41,886 nt of DNA, taken from the IMG/VR virus record IMGVR_UViG_3300020358_000011, positions 1 through 41,886 of that record, one strand, 5' to 3'. Below the pieces are notes generated by a model. It had not been told where the DNA came from. It saw only the letters and a program-made list of their open reading frames with translations, and ran no database searches. Shown here piece by piece: positions 1 to 9,778 of the stretch. The DNA comes from a virus. Its lineage: Duplodnaviria > Caudoviricetes. The translations under genes were made by a program, and so were the position numbers. The first letter of the stretch is position 1. The number at the start of each line of letters is the position of its first letter.

Positions 1-2
1 AC

Positions 3-905
3 CAACTAACCGCCGAGAGTAGTGAACCACTACACACAGATGCACCAACACTTGCCTCATCTGCAATGCTCGTAGAAGTCAACATATCCTCATGGGCAGG
101 TCGCAAGAAAGACAAGCGGGCTTCCACTAAAGTCACAGAAGATGCTCAAGCAAAGAAGGGTGTCGCAAACGTCTACAAACAATTACTCGGTGATTGTGAT
201 GAACTTAGCGCGCTACGCGGTTGCGTCACATCGGCTCGCAACATGCACTCGAACATGACGATGCCTTGGTCTAACTCTGGGCTACGTCTATTACCCACAG
301 CGCAATACTTCAAATATACCGAAGCTATGTCTTACATGCAGAATGAGTTCGAAGCACTAAAGAACAAATTCTTGACCGCGTACAACGACACAGTGGTAGA
401 TGTACAGCTAGAGCTTGGCACTTTGTTTTTACGCGAGGACTACCCCTTGATTGAAACGCTCGACAGCAAGTTTGCGTTCCGTATAAACTACATGCCGTTG
501 CCAGATGTCGGCGACTTCCGTGTCGATGTAAGTAACGACGCACTACGAGAAATGCGTAAGGAGTACAGCGACTTCTACAACAAACAATACAACGTAGCTA
601 TGAACGACGTGTGGACACGTTTACACAAGGCACTGACAAATATGTCTGAGCGCCTAGACTACAGCGGTAAAGAGGACAAGAAAGTATTTCGTGATACGCT
701 CGTTCCTAACGTCACTGACATGATAGAACTACTACGTGTGTGTAATGTTACGCAGTCTACCCAGATGTCTGACATGGCAACCAAACTCGAAGAGGCGATG
801 TCTGGTGTATCCGCCGTGGTATTGCGTGACGACAATACGTTCCGCGTTAGAACCAAAGCGAAGGTCGACGACATTATCAAAACACTACCATCATTAGATA
901 TATAA
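3..905 (+). CDS. DUF3150-like protein, probably 5'-truncated by the window
   Basis: Frame is open from base 3 (QLTAESSEPLHTDAPTLASSAMLVEVNISSWAGRKKD). Helical protein directly upstream of the AAA ATPase and vWA genes, the usual context for this family. Confidence 0.65.
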   Translation, partial: QLTAESSEPLHTDAPTLASSAMLVEVNISSWAGRKKDKRASTKVTEDAQAKKGVANVYKQLLGDCDELSALRGCVTSARNMHSNMTMPWSNSGLRLLPTAQYFKYTEAMSYMQNEFEALKNKFLTAYNDTVVDVQLELGTLFLREDYPLIETLDSKFAFRINYMPLPDVGDFRVDVSNDALREMRKEYSDFYNKQYNVAMNDVWTRLHKALTNMSERLDYSGKEDKKVFRDTLVPNVTDMIELLRVCNVTQSTQMSDMATKLEEAMSGVSAVVLRDDNTFRVRTKAKVDDIIKTLPSLDI

Positions 906-923
906 ACAGGAAAGAAGAACAAC

Positions 924-2018
924 ATGAATAATCAAGCACAATCAATGTACCAAATTAACTTACCACAATGCGTCGATCTAATCGTAGCGGTGGGTAGTAA
1001 ACGTACCGTCCTAGCTCAAGGTGATATGGGCAACGGTAAATCATCTATGATACACATGATAGGAGATAAACTTCCAAAGCATCGCAAGATATATTTCGAT
1101 GCCACCACAAAAGACCTTGGCGATATTATGATACCGTCCATGCAATCCATCGACGAAGATGGTTGCGTCCGTATGATTCCTAACGAAGAACTAGGCATAC
1201 ACTTAGATGGGCCGATTATTCTTATGCTCGACGAGATTGGCAAGGCGAACCAAGCAGTGAAGAACGCTATGCTACGTCTCATTCAAGAGAGACAAATTGG
1301 TAGTTACTCACTACACCCTGAAAGTGTTGTCTTTGCTACAACAAACAAAGGTAGCGAAGGAGTTGGTGACATACTACCAGCACACGTACGTAACCGTATG
1401 ATTGTGGTGCAGATCAAGAAAACAGATCACATGGACTGGATCGAATGGGGTATCAACAACGGCATAGATCACAGCCTACTTGGTTGGGTTAAAGACAACC
1501 CACACTTGATGGCCTCGTTCGAAGATATCAAAGACCCATCTGAGAACCCGTACATCTTTGATCCGCGAGCGCAACGTGCCGCCTTTGTTACACCTCGCTC
1601 ACTACATTCCGCATCTGACATATTGAAGTCGCGAGAAGGTATCGACGATATTACTTTGACCGCCGCCTTGATGGGTACGATTGGTGATCGTGGTGCAATG
1701 GACTTGATGGCGTTTGTGTCACTATCCGATCAGCTACCTACCTTGCAGTCTATCAAAGACAGCCCGCTTACCGCCAAAGTGCCTGACAGCGCCGCCGCTA
1801 TATGTATGGTTGTGTATAGAACTATGTCCGCGTTGGACAAAGACTGGATCAACAAGTGGATGGATTACTTACCGCGTCTCGATACCGAAGCACAAGCTAT
1901 GTTCGCTAATGGTGTACGCGCAAAGAACTATTCCAAGCAGTCAATGGTTATGACGAACAAGAAGTTCACTGATTGGGCTATGGAGAACAACCACCTATAC
2001 ACAGCAGACAAGGTGTAA
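924..2018 (+). CDS. MoxR/CbbQ-like AAA+ ATPase
   Basis: Walker A GDMGNGKS, Walker B ILMLDE, sensor region FATTN, and TPRS motif. Confidence 0.85.
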   Translation: MNNQAQSMYQINLPQCVDLIVAVGSKRTVLAQGDMGNGKSSMIHMIGDKLPKHRKIYFDATTKDLGDIMIPSMQSIDEDGCVRMIPNEELGIHLDGPIILMLDEIGKANQAVKNAMLRLIQERQIGSYSLHPESVVFATTNKGSEGVGDILPAHVRNRMIVVQIKKTDHMDWIEWGINNGIDHSLLGWVKDNPHLMASFEDIKDPSENPYIFDPRAQRAAFVTPRSLHSASDILKSREGIDDITLTAALMGTIGDRGAMDLMAFVSLSDQLPTLQSIKDSPLTAKVPDSAAAICMVVYRTMSALDKDWINKWMDYLPRLDTEAQAMFANGVRAKNYSKQSMVMTNKKFTDWAMENNHLYTADKV

Positions 2019-2020
2019 GC

Positions 2021-2188
2021 ATGGAAAAGAGTTATGACGTAACTGTCGAAGGGCTAGTATCGCGGGTTATCTGTGTACTTGCACACACCGAAGCCGAAGC
2101 AATCGCAGAGGCAAAACAAGAGTTCACTTCATTAGTGGGCGCATTAAACGCTGTCGTTGTTACAGCAGAGGAGAGATATAATGGGTAA
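2021..2188 (+). CDS. small hypothetical protein (55 aa)
   Basis: ATG at 2021 follows the ATPase stop with AAGGTG upstream; sequence MEKSYDVTVEG...AEAIAEAK. Confidence 0.7.
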   Translation: MEKSYDVTVEGLVSRVICVLAHTEAEAIAEAKQEFTSLVGALNAVVVTAEERYNG

Positions 2189-2489
2189 ACGATGGACAGA
2201 TAAAGAGGATGGTATCCTCGAAACACTACGCGATGGGGGCATGACCTACAAAGAGATAGCCTCGATCATGGGTCGCACAAGCACAGCTATTCATCAACGT
2301 GCATATGTGTTGAGACACAACGAGCCTACGTTTCGTGAAGTTGTGGATACAGCGTTCGCTAAACATGAGATCGAGTTCGGTGAGCCTGACAAGCCGTTGC
2401 CGAAAATACAGCACATGATTAATCAAATGGAAAGAGACATCAAGCCGAAGCCGCAGTGGTGGAAAGCTATGATGTGGTGGAGGAAATAA
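2181..2489 (+). CDS. HTH DNA-binding protein (GcrA-N/Myb-like)
   Basis: RWTDKEDGILETL...MTYKEIASIMGRTSTAIHQRA helix-turn-helix; GAGGAG upstream of ATG 2181. Confidence 0.7.
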   Translation: MGKRWTDKEDGILETLRDGGMTYKEIASIMGRTSTAIHQRAYVLRHNEPTFREVVDTAFAKHEIEFGEPDKPLPKIQHMINQMERDIKPKPQWWKAMMWWRK

Positions 2490-2490
2490 A

Positions 2491-3753
2491 ATGTTAATGG
2501 TAAATCAACTAACTGAGGAGCAACGGCTGACAAAAGCTGTTGTATCCATCATGGGCAACCCGAAGTATATCTATCTCGCAGGTGTGCTGATGATCGGGGA
2601 GCGTGACGTCGTGGACGATCCAAGCATACCAACCGCATGTACCAATGGACGTGACGAGTTCTACGGACGTGAGTTTCTAAGTAAGCTCAACGATGCCGAG
2701 CTTAGATTTCTGGTGTTGCATGAAGTGTATCACAAGTTGTTCCGTCACTTGACCACATGGAAACATCTATACATGCAAGACGCACATCTTGCGAACGTAG
2801 CGTGTGACTACGTAATCAACCTAAAGATTGTAGATGATAACTACGCAGATGGGTTTGCTACTATGACAGGCGAACTTGTGAACGGTTGCTATGATCGTAA
2901 GTATGTGGGTATGGATACCGCACAGGTGTACAACTTGCTACGTAAAGATCAACCGCAAGGTGGTGGCCGCAGTGGTGGTGACGGTGATCCCGAAGATGGT
3001 GATGGTACGCCTGAGAATGGTAGTGGCTCACTACCGAACGGACACGAACCATTCGATGCACATGATTGGGATGGGGCGCAAGAAATGACCGCCGATGAAC
3101 AGCGTGATCTTGCCAGAGAGATTGACGAGGCAGTACGTCAAGGTGCATTGGTTGCAGGTAAGATGGGCAGTGGTGGTGATCGTGGCCTAGAAGAATTGCT
3201 AGAACCACAAGTCGATTGGCGTGAAGTGTTGCGTGAGTTTGTGCAGACTACTTGTACAGGCAGTGACTACTCTACATACCGCAGACCTAATCGTAGGTAT
3301 CTGAGTAGTGGTATCTACATGCCAAGTGGTGTCAGTGAAAAGGTTGGGGAACTGGTGGTCGCAATCGACACGTCTGGGTCTATCCAACAGCCCGAAGTCA
3401 CCGCGTTTCTTTCCGAAGTCAAAGCAATATGTGACACAGTACGTCCAGACAAAGTACGTCTGTTGTATTGGGACACGACAGTATGTGGTGACGAAACGTA
3501 TGACACGCATGAACTAGAAACACTTATACAATCTACCAAGATCAAAGGCGGTGGCGGTACAGATGTAGACTGTGTGACTGAATACATTCGTGAAGAAAGC
3601 ATCAACGCGCAAGCGGCTATCGTACTAACAGACGGCGACCTATACAGTGGTTGGGGTCAGTGGACTATGCCTGTGTTGTGGTGCGTTATCGACAACAAGC
3701 ACAAAGTGCCAGACGTAGGTAAATGTGTACACATAAAATCGAGGGACATGTAA
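2491..3753 (+). CDS. DUF2201-like metallopeptidase plus vWA domain protein
   Basis: TACTNG and LHEVYH (HEXXH) in the N-terminal part, a Gly/Asp-rich linker, then MIDAS elements DTSGS, GGGT and LTDG. Confidence 0.85.
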   Translation: MLMVNQLTEEQRLTKAVVSIMGNPKYIYLAGVLMIGERDVVDDPSIPTACTNGRDEFYGREFLSKLNDAELRFLVLHEVYHKLFRHLTTWKHLYMQDAHLANVACDYVINLKIVDDNYADGFATMTGELVNGCYDRKYVGMDTAQVYNLLRKDQPQGGGRSGGDGDPEDGDGTPENGSGSLPNGHEPFDAHDWDGAQEMTADEQRDLAREIDEAVRQGALVAGKMGSGGDRGLEELLEPQVDWREVLREFVQTTCTGSDYSTYRRPNRRYLSSGIYMPSGVSEKVGELVVAIDTSGSIQQPEVTAFLSEVKAICDTVRPDKVRLLYWDTTVCGDETYDTHELETLIQSTKIKGGGGTDVDCVTEYIREESINAQAAIVLTDGDLYSGWGQWTMPVLWCVIDNKHKVPDVGKCVHIKSRDM

Positions 3754-3878
3754 TGAGTAACGATGAACTAATTGATATACTTGAAAAGCACGTCACTTGC
3801 GAATGGGAAATTACCGATACTGGCGAAGGTATTGTAACAATAAACTTTATCACCAACATAGCCGAGGGAGATGAATAA
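3753..3878 (+). CDS. 41-aa hypothetical protein (not in the ORF track)
   Basis: MSNDELIDILEKHVTCEWEITDTGEGIVTINFITNIAEGDE*, with TAATG stop/start overlaps at both ends. Confidence 0.7.
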   Translation: MSNDELIDILEKHVTCEWEITDTGEGIVTINFITNIAEGDE

Positions 3879-4108
3879 TGAGTAAGATTGGAAATTATGT
3901 AGTAGGACTACAGGAGCAAGAGCTTTTCATCGAGTGCCCTGAGTGTAAGGACACAGAGCAACATGGCAAAGTAACGAGCGAGGAGTTCAAATGGACTGGC
4001 GATATGTACGAGCCATTCGAGACATGGGTCGATTGCAACAACTGTAACGGTCTAGGTGAGATTGAACGTGACTTCGACGACGACGAAGGAAATTCGTGTG
4101 GGCAATAA
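3878..4108 (+). CDS. small DnaJ-like zinc-ribbon protein
   Basis: CPEC...CNNCNGLG; GAGGGAG RBS. Confidence 0.7.
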   Translation: MSKIGNYVVGLQEQELFIECPECKDTEQHGKVTSEEFKWTGDMYEPFETWVDCNNCNGLGEIERDFDDDEGNSCGQ

Positions 4109-4118
4109 CTGCCCACGC
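4096..4118 (+). other. stem-loop spanning the stop codon
   Basis: GTGTGGGCA-ATAAC-TGCCCACGC with no strong U-tract. Confidence 0.4.
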
Positions 4119-4165
4119 AGATACTTTAAACTAAACAACAACATTAAACAACAGGATAGAAACAA

Positions 4166-5251
4166 ATGGCACTAACATATTCATCATTCAGTAGCTTCGA
4201 CGAAGTAGTTAATCACTACGAGAATGTAAAACCAATGGGCGGCATTAGTAACAAGGGTAAAGATGTCAGACCTATGGGTGATCGCAAACGCAAGTACGAG
4301 CGTATCGTAAAGATCAGTGACAACTGCTATGCATTTTCAGACGGCTTTCACTTTGGCGACGCGCTCTTTAATTGGGGTTGGGGTTACACCGCTTCCGCTG
4401 AGTTTGTACCTACACTAAAGCACATGGAGAAGTATGCACCTATCGTATGGCGTAAGAAACGTGACGGCACAGAGCAAGTCACGATACGTAATGGGTATGG
4501 AGAAAGCTCACACAACTCACGCTATGCTTTTATAAACAGACACACACCGAGAGGTTTGGGGTTTCATATCGACAATGGCAAACAGTACATAACTAGGACA
4601 CTCGGTAGGTATCGAGACAATAGAACAGACACACGATACTATCTAGCCAAGACCCACACCGCACCGCGTGTTATCTACAACCACATAAAAGAAAACCGAC
4701 AAGATAATTGGTGGTCAGAGCGAACTAGTAAGTGGGTTATGTTACACGACGACAACTCTGCCTTAGTGTTCAACAAAACCACCAGCACAGATCAGTTCTC
4801 TGGTGTTGACTGGGTACATGTTGAGGGGACAGGACGTACGATACCAAAAGGCCCGCGTGTGGACAAGCAAACCAAGGCTAAGTTCAAAGATGCAATCAAT
4901 TCGTTCTTTGAATGGGGTATGACTATGTCACCTCTACTAGAGTTGGAGGACAACGAGTACACAACTAAGCAGGGAGCGATACTAGCCGAAACCTATGGGA
5001 ATACGCATGGCACATACTGGCGACAGCCTAATGCGAAAACAGGACGTGAGATTGTGCGAGACGATCAGCACACCGCACGACTAGCGTTTTGGGTACACTT
5101 TGCTAGCAACTGCTACGGTGCAGGTGAACATAGTTGGAGTTTCAACAGTACACCTCTGCTCAAAAAGCTAGAGACTAAAGAAGATGTGTCCATTGTACGG
5201 TCACGCTTCAATACATTCATCAACGCAGAACTCGGGTTCATAACAAAGTAA
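4166..5251 (+). CDS. hypothetical early protein (361 aa)
   Basis: Long ORF with AGGA RBS; no motif recognised. Confidence 0.8.
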   Translation: MALTYSSFSSFDEVVNHYENVKPMGGISNKGKDVRPMGDRKRKYERIVKISDNCYAFSDGFHFGDALFNWGWGYTASAEFVPTLKHMEKYAPIVWRKKRDGTEQVTIRNGYGESSHNSRYAFINRHTPRGLGFHIDNGKQYITRTLGRYRDNRTDTRYYLAKTHTAPRVIYNHIKENRQDNWWSERTSKWVMLHDDNSALVFNKTTSTDQFSGVDWVHVEGTGRTIPKGPRVDKQTKAKFKDAINSFFEWGMTMSPLLELEDNEYTTKQGAILAETYGNTHGTYWRQPNAKTGREIVRDDQHTARLAFWVHFASNCYGAGEHSWSFNSTPLLKKLETKEDVSIVRSRFNTFINAELGFITK

Positions 5252-5262
5252 GGAGAACAACT

Positions 5263-6162
5263 ATGAGTGACTTATCATTACAACAAGTAAGAAACCTAGA
5301 ACATCCAGACAGAGCCGAAAGGGCAAGGGGTATTACACCTAATCTAGACGTGCAGATGATGGCAGATGCACTAACCAAAAAGGTTCGTGGTTACAAGACC
5401 GCGCCTAAAGACCTAGATTCCATATGGGTGTATAGGCCGCAAGATACTTACGCTATGGGTTGGCTAACTTATAACGATATGTTTGATTCATCAAGTAGCT
5501 ACGAATGTAGACATGCGGTGTTCTCACCTAACATACAGAACGGCAAGTATTCGTATGGGTCTAAAACACATATGGCTACAGCACTGCATTTCAACAAGGG
5601 GTTACTTAACGCATGTAAATACCTACGTCCACCAAACACAAAGCAGGTGTTACACCAAGTGCAAAGCAAGTTTTGTAGAGCGGTGCATACCGCAAAGGAC
5701 GAAGCAAAAATTAGGGCGAGTAAGATCACAAACAAGATCGACACCGATGTTTTCGGTAGGACACGCCTCAACCAAGCCCCTCTTAATCGGGAACTCGCTA
5801 ACATATTGCGTTCGGACTATGAGTTTGTCGATAAAGAACTTGAAGCACAACTGATCGAAGCCTTTGAAGCGACTAAGGAGCATAAAGAAAGCAGGGCGTT
5901 ACATGACGTAGAGCATATGTTCATCGAGGTGGTACAATCTCAAGGTGCTAATCTCTATCGAGGCTTTAACACAGTAGTACAGAACTCTTCACTGTATCGT
6001 CACGACGATAGCGACGGGAACAAGGTATCGTACACACAGGAAGAACTACCAGAGAAGTTGTTCGGTGCAATGTCTGTGCTGTCTATGGTCGAGGAAGGCC
6101 AATACGTTTCTGGCGTTGGGTATCGTGCAGGTGAAAACATGTTCTATATAAAAGGCGAGTGA
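5263..6162 (+). CDS. hypothetical early protein (299 aa)
   Basis: Long ORF with AAGGAG RBS. Confidence 0.8.
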   Translation: MSDLSLQQVRNLEHPDRAERARGITPNLDVQMMADALTKKVRGYKTAPKDLDSIWVYRPQDTYAMGWLTYNDMFDSSSSYECRHAVFSPNIQNGKYSYGSKTHMATALHFNKGLLNACKYLRPPNTKQVLHQVQSKFCRAVHTAKDEAKIRASKITNKIDTDVFGRTRLNQAPLNRELANILRSDYEFVDKELEAQLIEAFEATKEHKESRALHDVEHMFIEVVQSQGANLYRGFNTVVQNSSLYRHDDSDGNKVSYTQEELPEKLFGAMSVLSMVEEGQYVSGVGYRAGENMFYIKGE

Positions 6163-6422
6163 GTGTGGAGACAGAGGATACCATCACGTACCGCGTGACA
6201 ATCCATCCTACTACAAATAAGGTTAATGTAATGTCTTTTGATCTAGACGCTATTGACGCGACAGGTTTAGGGGTATATGACACTATAAACGAAACACCTA
6301 AATGGATTCAAGAACGCATTGCTACTCTTATGCTTGTTGACCCTACACCACCGACTGAACCAATAGTAGGTATAGGTCATAGGATCGACAAGACTACCTA
6401 TTGGATTTACGCTGATAGGTAG
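6159..6422 (+). CDS. hypothetical protein (87 aa)
   Basis: GTGA overlap with the upstream gene. Its C-terminus (PKWIQERIATLMLV...IVGIGHRIDKTTYWI) resembles that of the preceding protein (PEKLFGAMSVLSMV...VSGVGYRAGENMFYI). Confidence 0.75.
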   Translation: MSVETEDTITYRVTIHPTTNKVNVMSFDLDAIDATGLGVYDTINETPKWIQERIATLMLVDPTPPTEPIVGIGHRIDKTTYWIYADR

Positions 6423-6444
6423 TGACACACTACCAATTTAACTT

Positions 6445-6472
6445 TGGGGGGCGGACAAACGCCTCCCATTTA
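6445..6472 (+). terminator. putative terminator/attenuator hairpin
   Basis: TGGGGGGCG-GACAAA-CGCCTCCCA followed by TTTA (weak U-tract), intergenic. Confidence 0.5.
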
Positions 6473-6500
6473 TGCCAGTTACCACACACGGAGATCAACA

Positions 6501-6809
6501 ATGGCAACCACACCAGAAGCTAAAGTAAAGAAGGTAGTGACTAACTACCTAAAGAAGATGGGAGCATACTACTTCTACCCTGTTACAGGTGGATTTGGAC
6601 GGAGCGGCGTACCTGACATAGTCGCATGCTACAAAGGAATGTTCCTTGGCATTGAATGTAAAGCAGGGAAGGGAAAGACTACTGCATTACAGCAGAAAAA
6701 CTTAGACGATATTAAAACAGCAGGGGGTTTTGATTGGGTCGTAAACGAAACAAACATGCACCAAACAGAAACACAGATTAAGTATTGGGCATCAACACAA
6801 CAGGAATAA
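6501..6809 (+). CDS. VRR-NUC domain nuclease
   Basis: TPEAKVK, GVPDIV, IECKA and ALQ motifs; GGAG RBS before ATG 6501. Confidence 0.85.
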   Translation: MATTPEAKVKKVVTNYLKKMGAYYFYPVTGGFGRSGVPDIVACYKGMFLGIECKAGKGKTTALQQKNLDDIKTAGGFDWVVNETNMHQTETQIKYWASTQQE

Positions 6810-6814
6810 ACAAC

Positions 6815-7300
6815 ATGAGCATTATTAATAATATGGAAGCACAAGAAGTTTTTATTACCCATCAAATGCCTACAGGCACTGCCTTTGGGGTACGAGTAGA
6901 TAACGGCGAGAAAGTTTTTATAAACTCTAAACTATCTAAGAAGCACACTATCACTGAGGAACAAGTACGGACACTTATACTAATCCCAAACACTAAGATC
7001 GACACACCTTGGCAAGCTGTTGGTGTAAGTGGAGTTCATACTGAGCCGACACCTCGTGTTGAGGTAGCTAATCTGGAAGACCGCATTGAGGAACATTTCA
7101 AAGAGGAAGCTAATCAGGTTGCGTCTACTTCTAAAGTATTGGCTGACGCATTAGAGGTTGACGTTGTGTCTATACAAACAGCACTGATTCGTATGCACAA
7201 TGCAGGGGAAATGACTAAGGCGCAGGTGCATTGTAAAGGTGGACAAGATAAAGCCTCTTGGGTTTTGTGGGCTCCAAATACAGATTGGTATGAAATGTAA
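6815..7300 (+). CDS. hypothetical protein, possible OB/cold-shock-like N-terminus plus winged helix
   Basis: AFGVRVDNGEKVFI resembles cold-shock RNP motifs; TSKVLADALEVDVVSIQTALIRMHNAGEM resembles a wHTH. Confidence 0.55.
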   Translation: MSIINNMEAQEVFITHQMPTGTAFGVRVDNGEKVFINSKLSKKHTITEEQVRTLILIPNTKIDTPWQAVGVSGVHTEPTPRVEVANLEDRIEEHFKEEANQVASTSKVLADALEVDVVSIQTALIRMHNAGEMTKAQVHCKGGQDKASWVLWAPNTDWYEM

Positions 7301-7491
7301 TGCGGGATAAAGATAAACTAACACCCGCCCTCGAGTACGAGTTACAGTTCTTACGTAAACAAGTAGACTTCTGGCAACAGCAATACGTACAGCCAACTGC
7401 ATCACCATCTGCACGAGATCGTTACGATTACGCCAAGGCAGACTTAACTAAGTTTGTGAGCAACAGGCGTAAAGAAGGATACATCATATGA
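7300..7491 (+). CDS. hypothetical protein (63 aa)
   Basis: TAATG and ATGA overlaps with both neighbours. Confidence 0.7.
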   Translation: MRDKDKLTPALEYELQFLRKQVDFWQQQYVQPTASPSARDRYDYAKADLTKFVSNRRKEGYII

Positions 7492-7940
7492 CCAAGAAAG
7501 AAGAACGTGTGTGGAAGTATCTACTTGCCAACCGCAAGGCAAGTTCTAGCCAAGTAGCTGAGGCAACGAGTACGAGCGTGGGCTATGTAGATAAGATGCT
7601 AGAAACTATATCGTCACCCAACTGGAGAGAAGAAGTACCCACCAAGTTTGTAAAGGCTGACGATGCTAAAACTAGGTACGACTTATTACCACCAGAGTTG
7701 TTGGAAGAAACAGCGAAAGTACTTACGTTCGGCGCACAGAAATACAGCGCACACAACTGGGCGCAAGGTGCATCTTGGAGTAGATACTTTAGTGCTATGA
7801 TGCGTCACATGTGGGCTTGGTGGAGAGGCGAAGATAATGACCCCGAAACAGGGTTCTCACATTTAGCTCACGCCGCATGCTGTCTTAGCTTTCTTATAGC
7901 TTATCAGCGACGCGGCTTAGGCGAGGACGATCGGGTATGA
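7488..7940 (+). CDS. HTH plus dATP/dGTP diphosphohydrolase (DUF5664-like)
   Basis: KADDAKTRYDLLP...FGAQKYSAHNW...AMMRH...DPETGFSHLAHAACCL; N-terminal wHTH-like segment. Confidence 0.8.
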   Translation: MTKKEERVWKYLLANRKASSSQVAEATSTSVGYVDKMLETISSPNWREEVPTKFVKADDAKTRYDLLPPELLEETAKVLTFGAQKYSAHNWAQGASWSRYFSAMMRHMWAWWRGEDNDPETGFSHLAHAACCLSFLIAYQRRGLGEDDRV

Positions 7941-9778
7941 CTGGAAAAGCAATGGACGTTTATACTCTGGACTTTGAGACCTACTACGATCAGGAATATT
8001 CGCTATCCAAGATGACGACAGAAGATTATGTGCGCGACTCGCGCTTCGAAGTAATCGGCCTTGCTATAAAAAAGAATGATAAAACTACACAGTACTTTAA
8101 CGACCACCGGGTAATCGAACGTCTACTATCATACATAGACTTCTCTGAGAGCGCTATCCTAGCACAGAACACTATGTTCGATGGAGCTATACTGAGTTGG
8201 AGATATGGTGTGAAGCCGAAGGTTTGGTTCGACACTATGTGCATGGGTAGAGGTTTACACGGGGTGGATGCAGGTGCATCACTGCGAGCGTTATCTGAAC
8301 GCTATGGTATCGGCGAAAAAGGTTTCGAGGTAAACAATGCCAAGGGTAAACGCCCCGCCGATTTCACTGCAGAAGAAGCTAAGAAGTACGGCGAGTATTG
8401 CATACAGGATGTCGAGCTAACATATAAACTGTTTAAGATTATGGGAGCTAACTTTCCGCGCACTGAGTTAAAGTTGATCGACGTTACACTGCGTATGTTT
8501 ATTGACCCGATACTTGACCTAGACCTTGGGTTGTTGGAACAGCACTTAGAGGACACGCAAGATCGTAAGGATAAACTACTGCGCGATGCAGGGGTGACAG
8601 ATAAGAAAGACTTGATGTCTAACTTAAAGTTTGCCGACATGCTACGTGATCTCAACGTCGAGCCACCTATGAAGATCAGTCTGACAACAGGCAAGGAGAC
8701 GTATGCCTTTGCTAAGAGTGACGAGAACTTCAAGATATTACAGGAGCATGAGGATGATCGTGTGCAATCTCTAGTAGCGGCGCGCCTTGGAAATAAATCT
8801 ACTCTTGAGGAAACACGCACGCAGAGGTTTATAGGTATCTCTAAACGTGGGCGTTTACCCGTACCGATTAGGTACTACGCGGCGCACACTGGTAGATGGG
8901 GTGGAGCGGATAAGATTAACTTACAAAACCTACCGAGCCGTGGGCCAAATGGTAAGAAGTTAAAGAGGGCTATCATTGCACCAGAAGGACACACAGTTGT
9001 CGAAGCCGACTCTTCCCAAATCGAGGCACGGGTACTTGCGTGGTTTGCGGGACAGAATGATCTAGTAGACCAGTTCTCCAAAGGTGAGGACGTGTATAAG
9101 TACATGGCGTCTAGCATCTACAACGTGGCTGTAGAGAACGTAACTAAAGATCAGCGGTTTGTGGGTAAGACTACAATTCTAGGTGCGGGCTACGGCATGG
9201 GAGCAGAGAAGTTCCAAGCGCAACTAAAACAATACGGGTTCGACATCGAGTTGGACGAGGCGAGGCGCGTTATCAATATATACCGAGAGGCTAACTTCAA
9301 GATTAGTAAGGTGTGGAAAGACGCTAACTATATGGTCAAGCAGTTGGCAAACAATCGCGCTGTGCAGTTCGGAAAGAAGGGTATCATTGGAGTAGACCCT
9401 GAGAACCAAGCCCTTATAATACCTAACGGATTAAAGATATTTTACCCTGAGTTACATGGGGAGCAATCTGAGAAAGGGTTCGAGTATACATACAAAATAC
9501 GTCGAGGCCGAACACGGATATATGGTGGTAAGGTTATCGAGAACGTGTGTCAGGCTATAGCACGTTGCATAATAGGCGAGCAGATGCTACTAATTAATAA
9601 GAAATATAAAGTAGTGCTTACTGTACACGACTCGATTGCATGTTGTGTACCCGACGAGGAGGTCGCCGAAGCACAAGCATACGTGGAGAGATGTATGAGA
9701 TGGACACCAGACTGGGCAGAGGGCCTACCTGTCGATTGCGAAAGTGGTACTGGCAAGTCGTACGGAGATTGTGAATGA
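7937..9778 (+). CDS. polA: family A DNA polymerase with 3'-5' exonuclease
   Basis: ExoI LDFET, ExoIII YCIQD, HTGR, NLQN, motif A DSSQIEAR, motif B KTTILGAGYG, motif C VHDS. Confidence 0.95.
   Translation: MTGKAMDVYTLDFETYYDQEYSLSKMTTEDYVRDSRFEVIGLAIKKNDKTTQYFNDHRVIERLLSYIDFSESAILAQNTMFDGAILSWRYGVKPKVWFDTMCMGRGLHGVDAGASLRALSERYGIGEKGFEVNNAKGKRPADFTAEEAKKYGEYCIQDVELTYKLFKIMGANFPRTELKLIDVTLRMFIDPILDLDLGLLEQHLEDTQDRKDKLLRDAGVTDKKDLMSNLKFADMLRDLNVEPPMKISLTTGKETYAFAKSDENFKILQEHEDDRVQSLVAARLGNKSTLEETRTQRFIGISKRGRLPVPIRYYAAHTGRWGGADKINLQNLPSRGPNGKKLKRAIIAPEGHTVVEADSSQIEARVLAWFAGQNDLVDQFSKGEDVYKYMASSIYNVAVENVTKDQRFVGKTTILGAGYGMGAEKFQAQLKQYGFDIELDEARRVINIYREANFKISKVWKDANYMVKQLANNRAVQFGKKGIIGVDPENQALIIPNGLKIFYPELHGEQSEKGFEYTYKIRRGRTRIYGGKVIENVCQAIARCIIGEQMLLINKKYKVVLTVHDSIACCVPDEEVAEAQAYVERCMRWTPDWAEGLPVDCESGTGKSYGDCE

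Noticed and set aside
7488-9778. Z-base (2-aminoadenine) DNA system
   Set aside because: A dNTP diphosphohydrolase sits next to PolA, but no PurZ-like gene is in the window; insufficient evidence.
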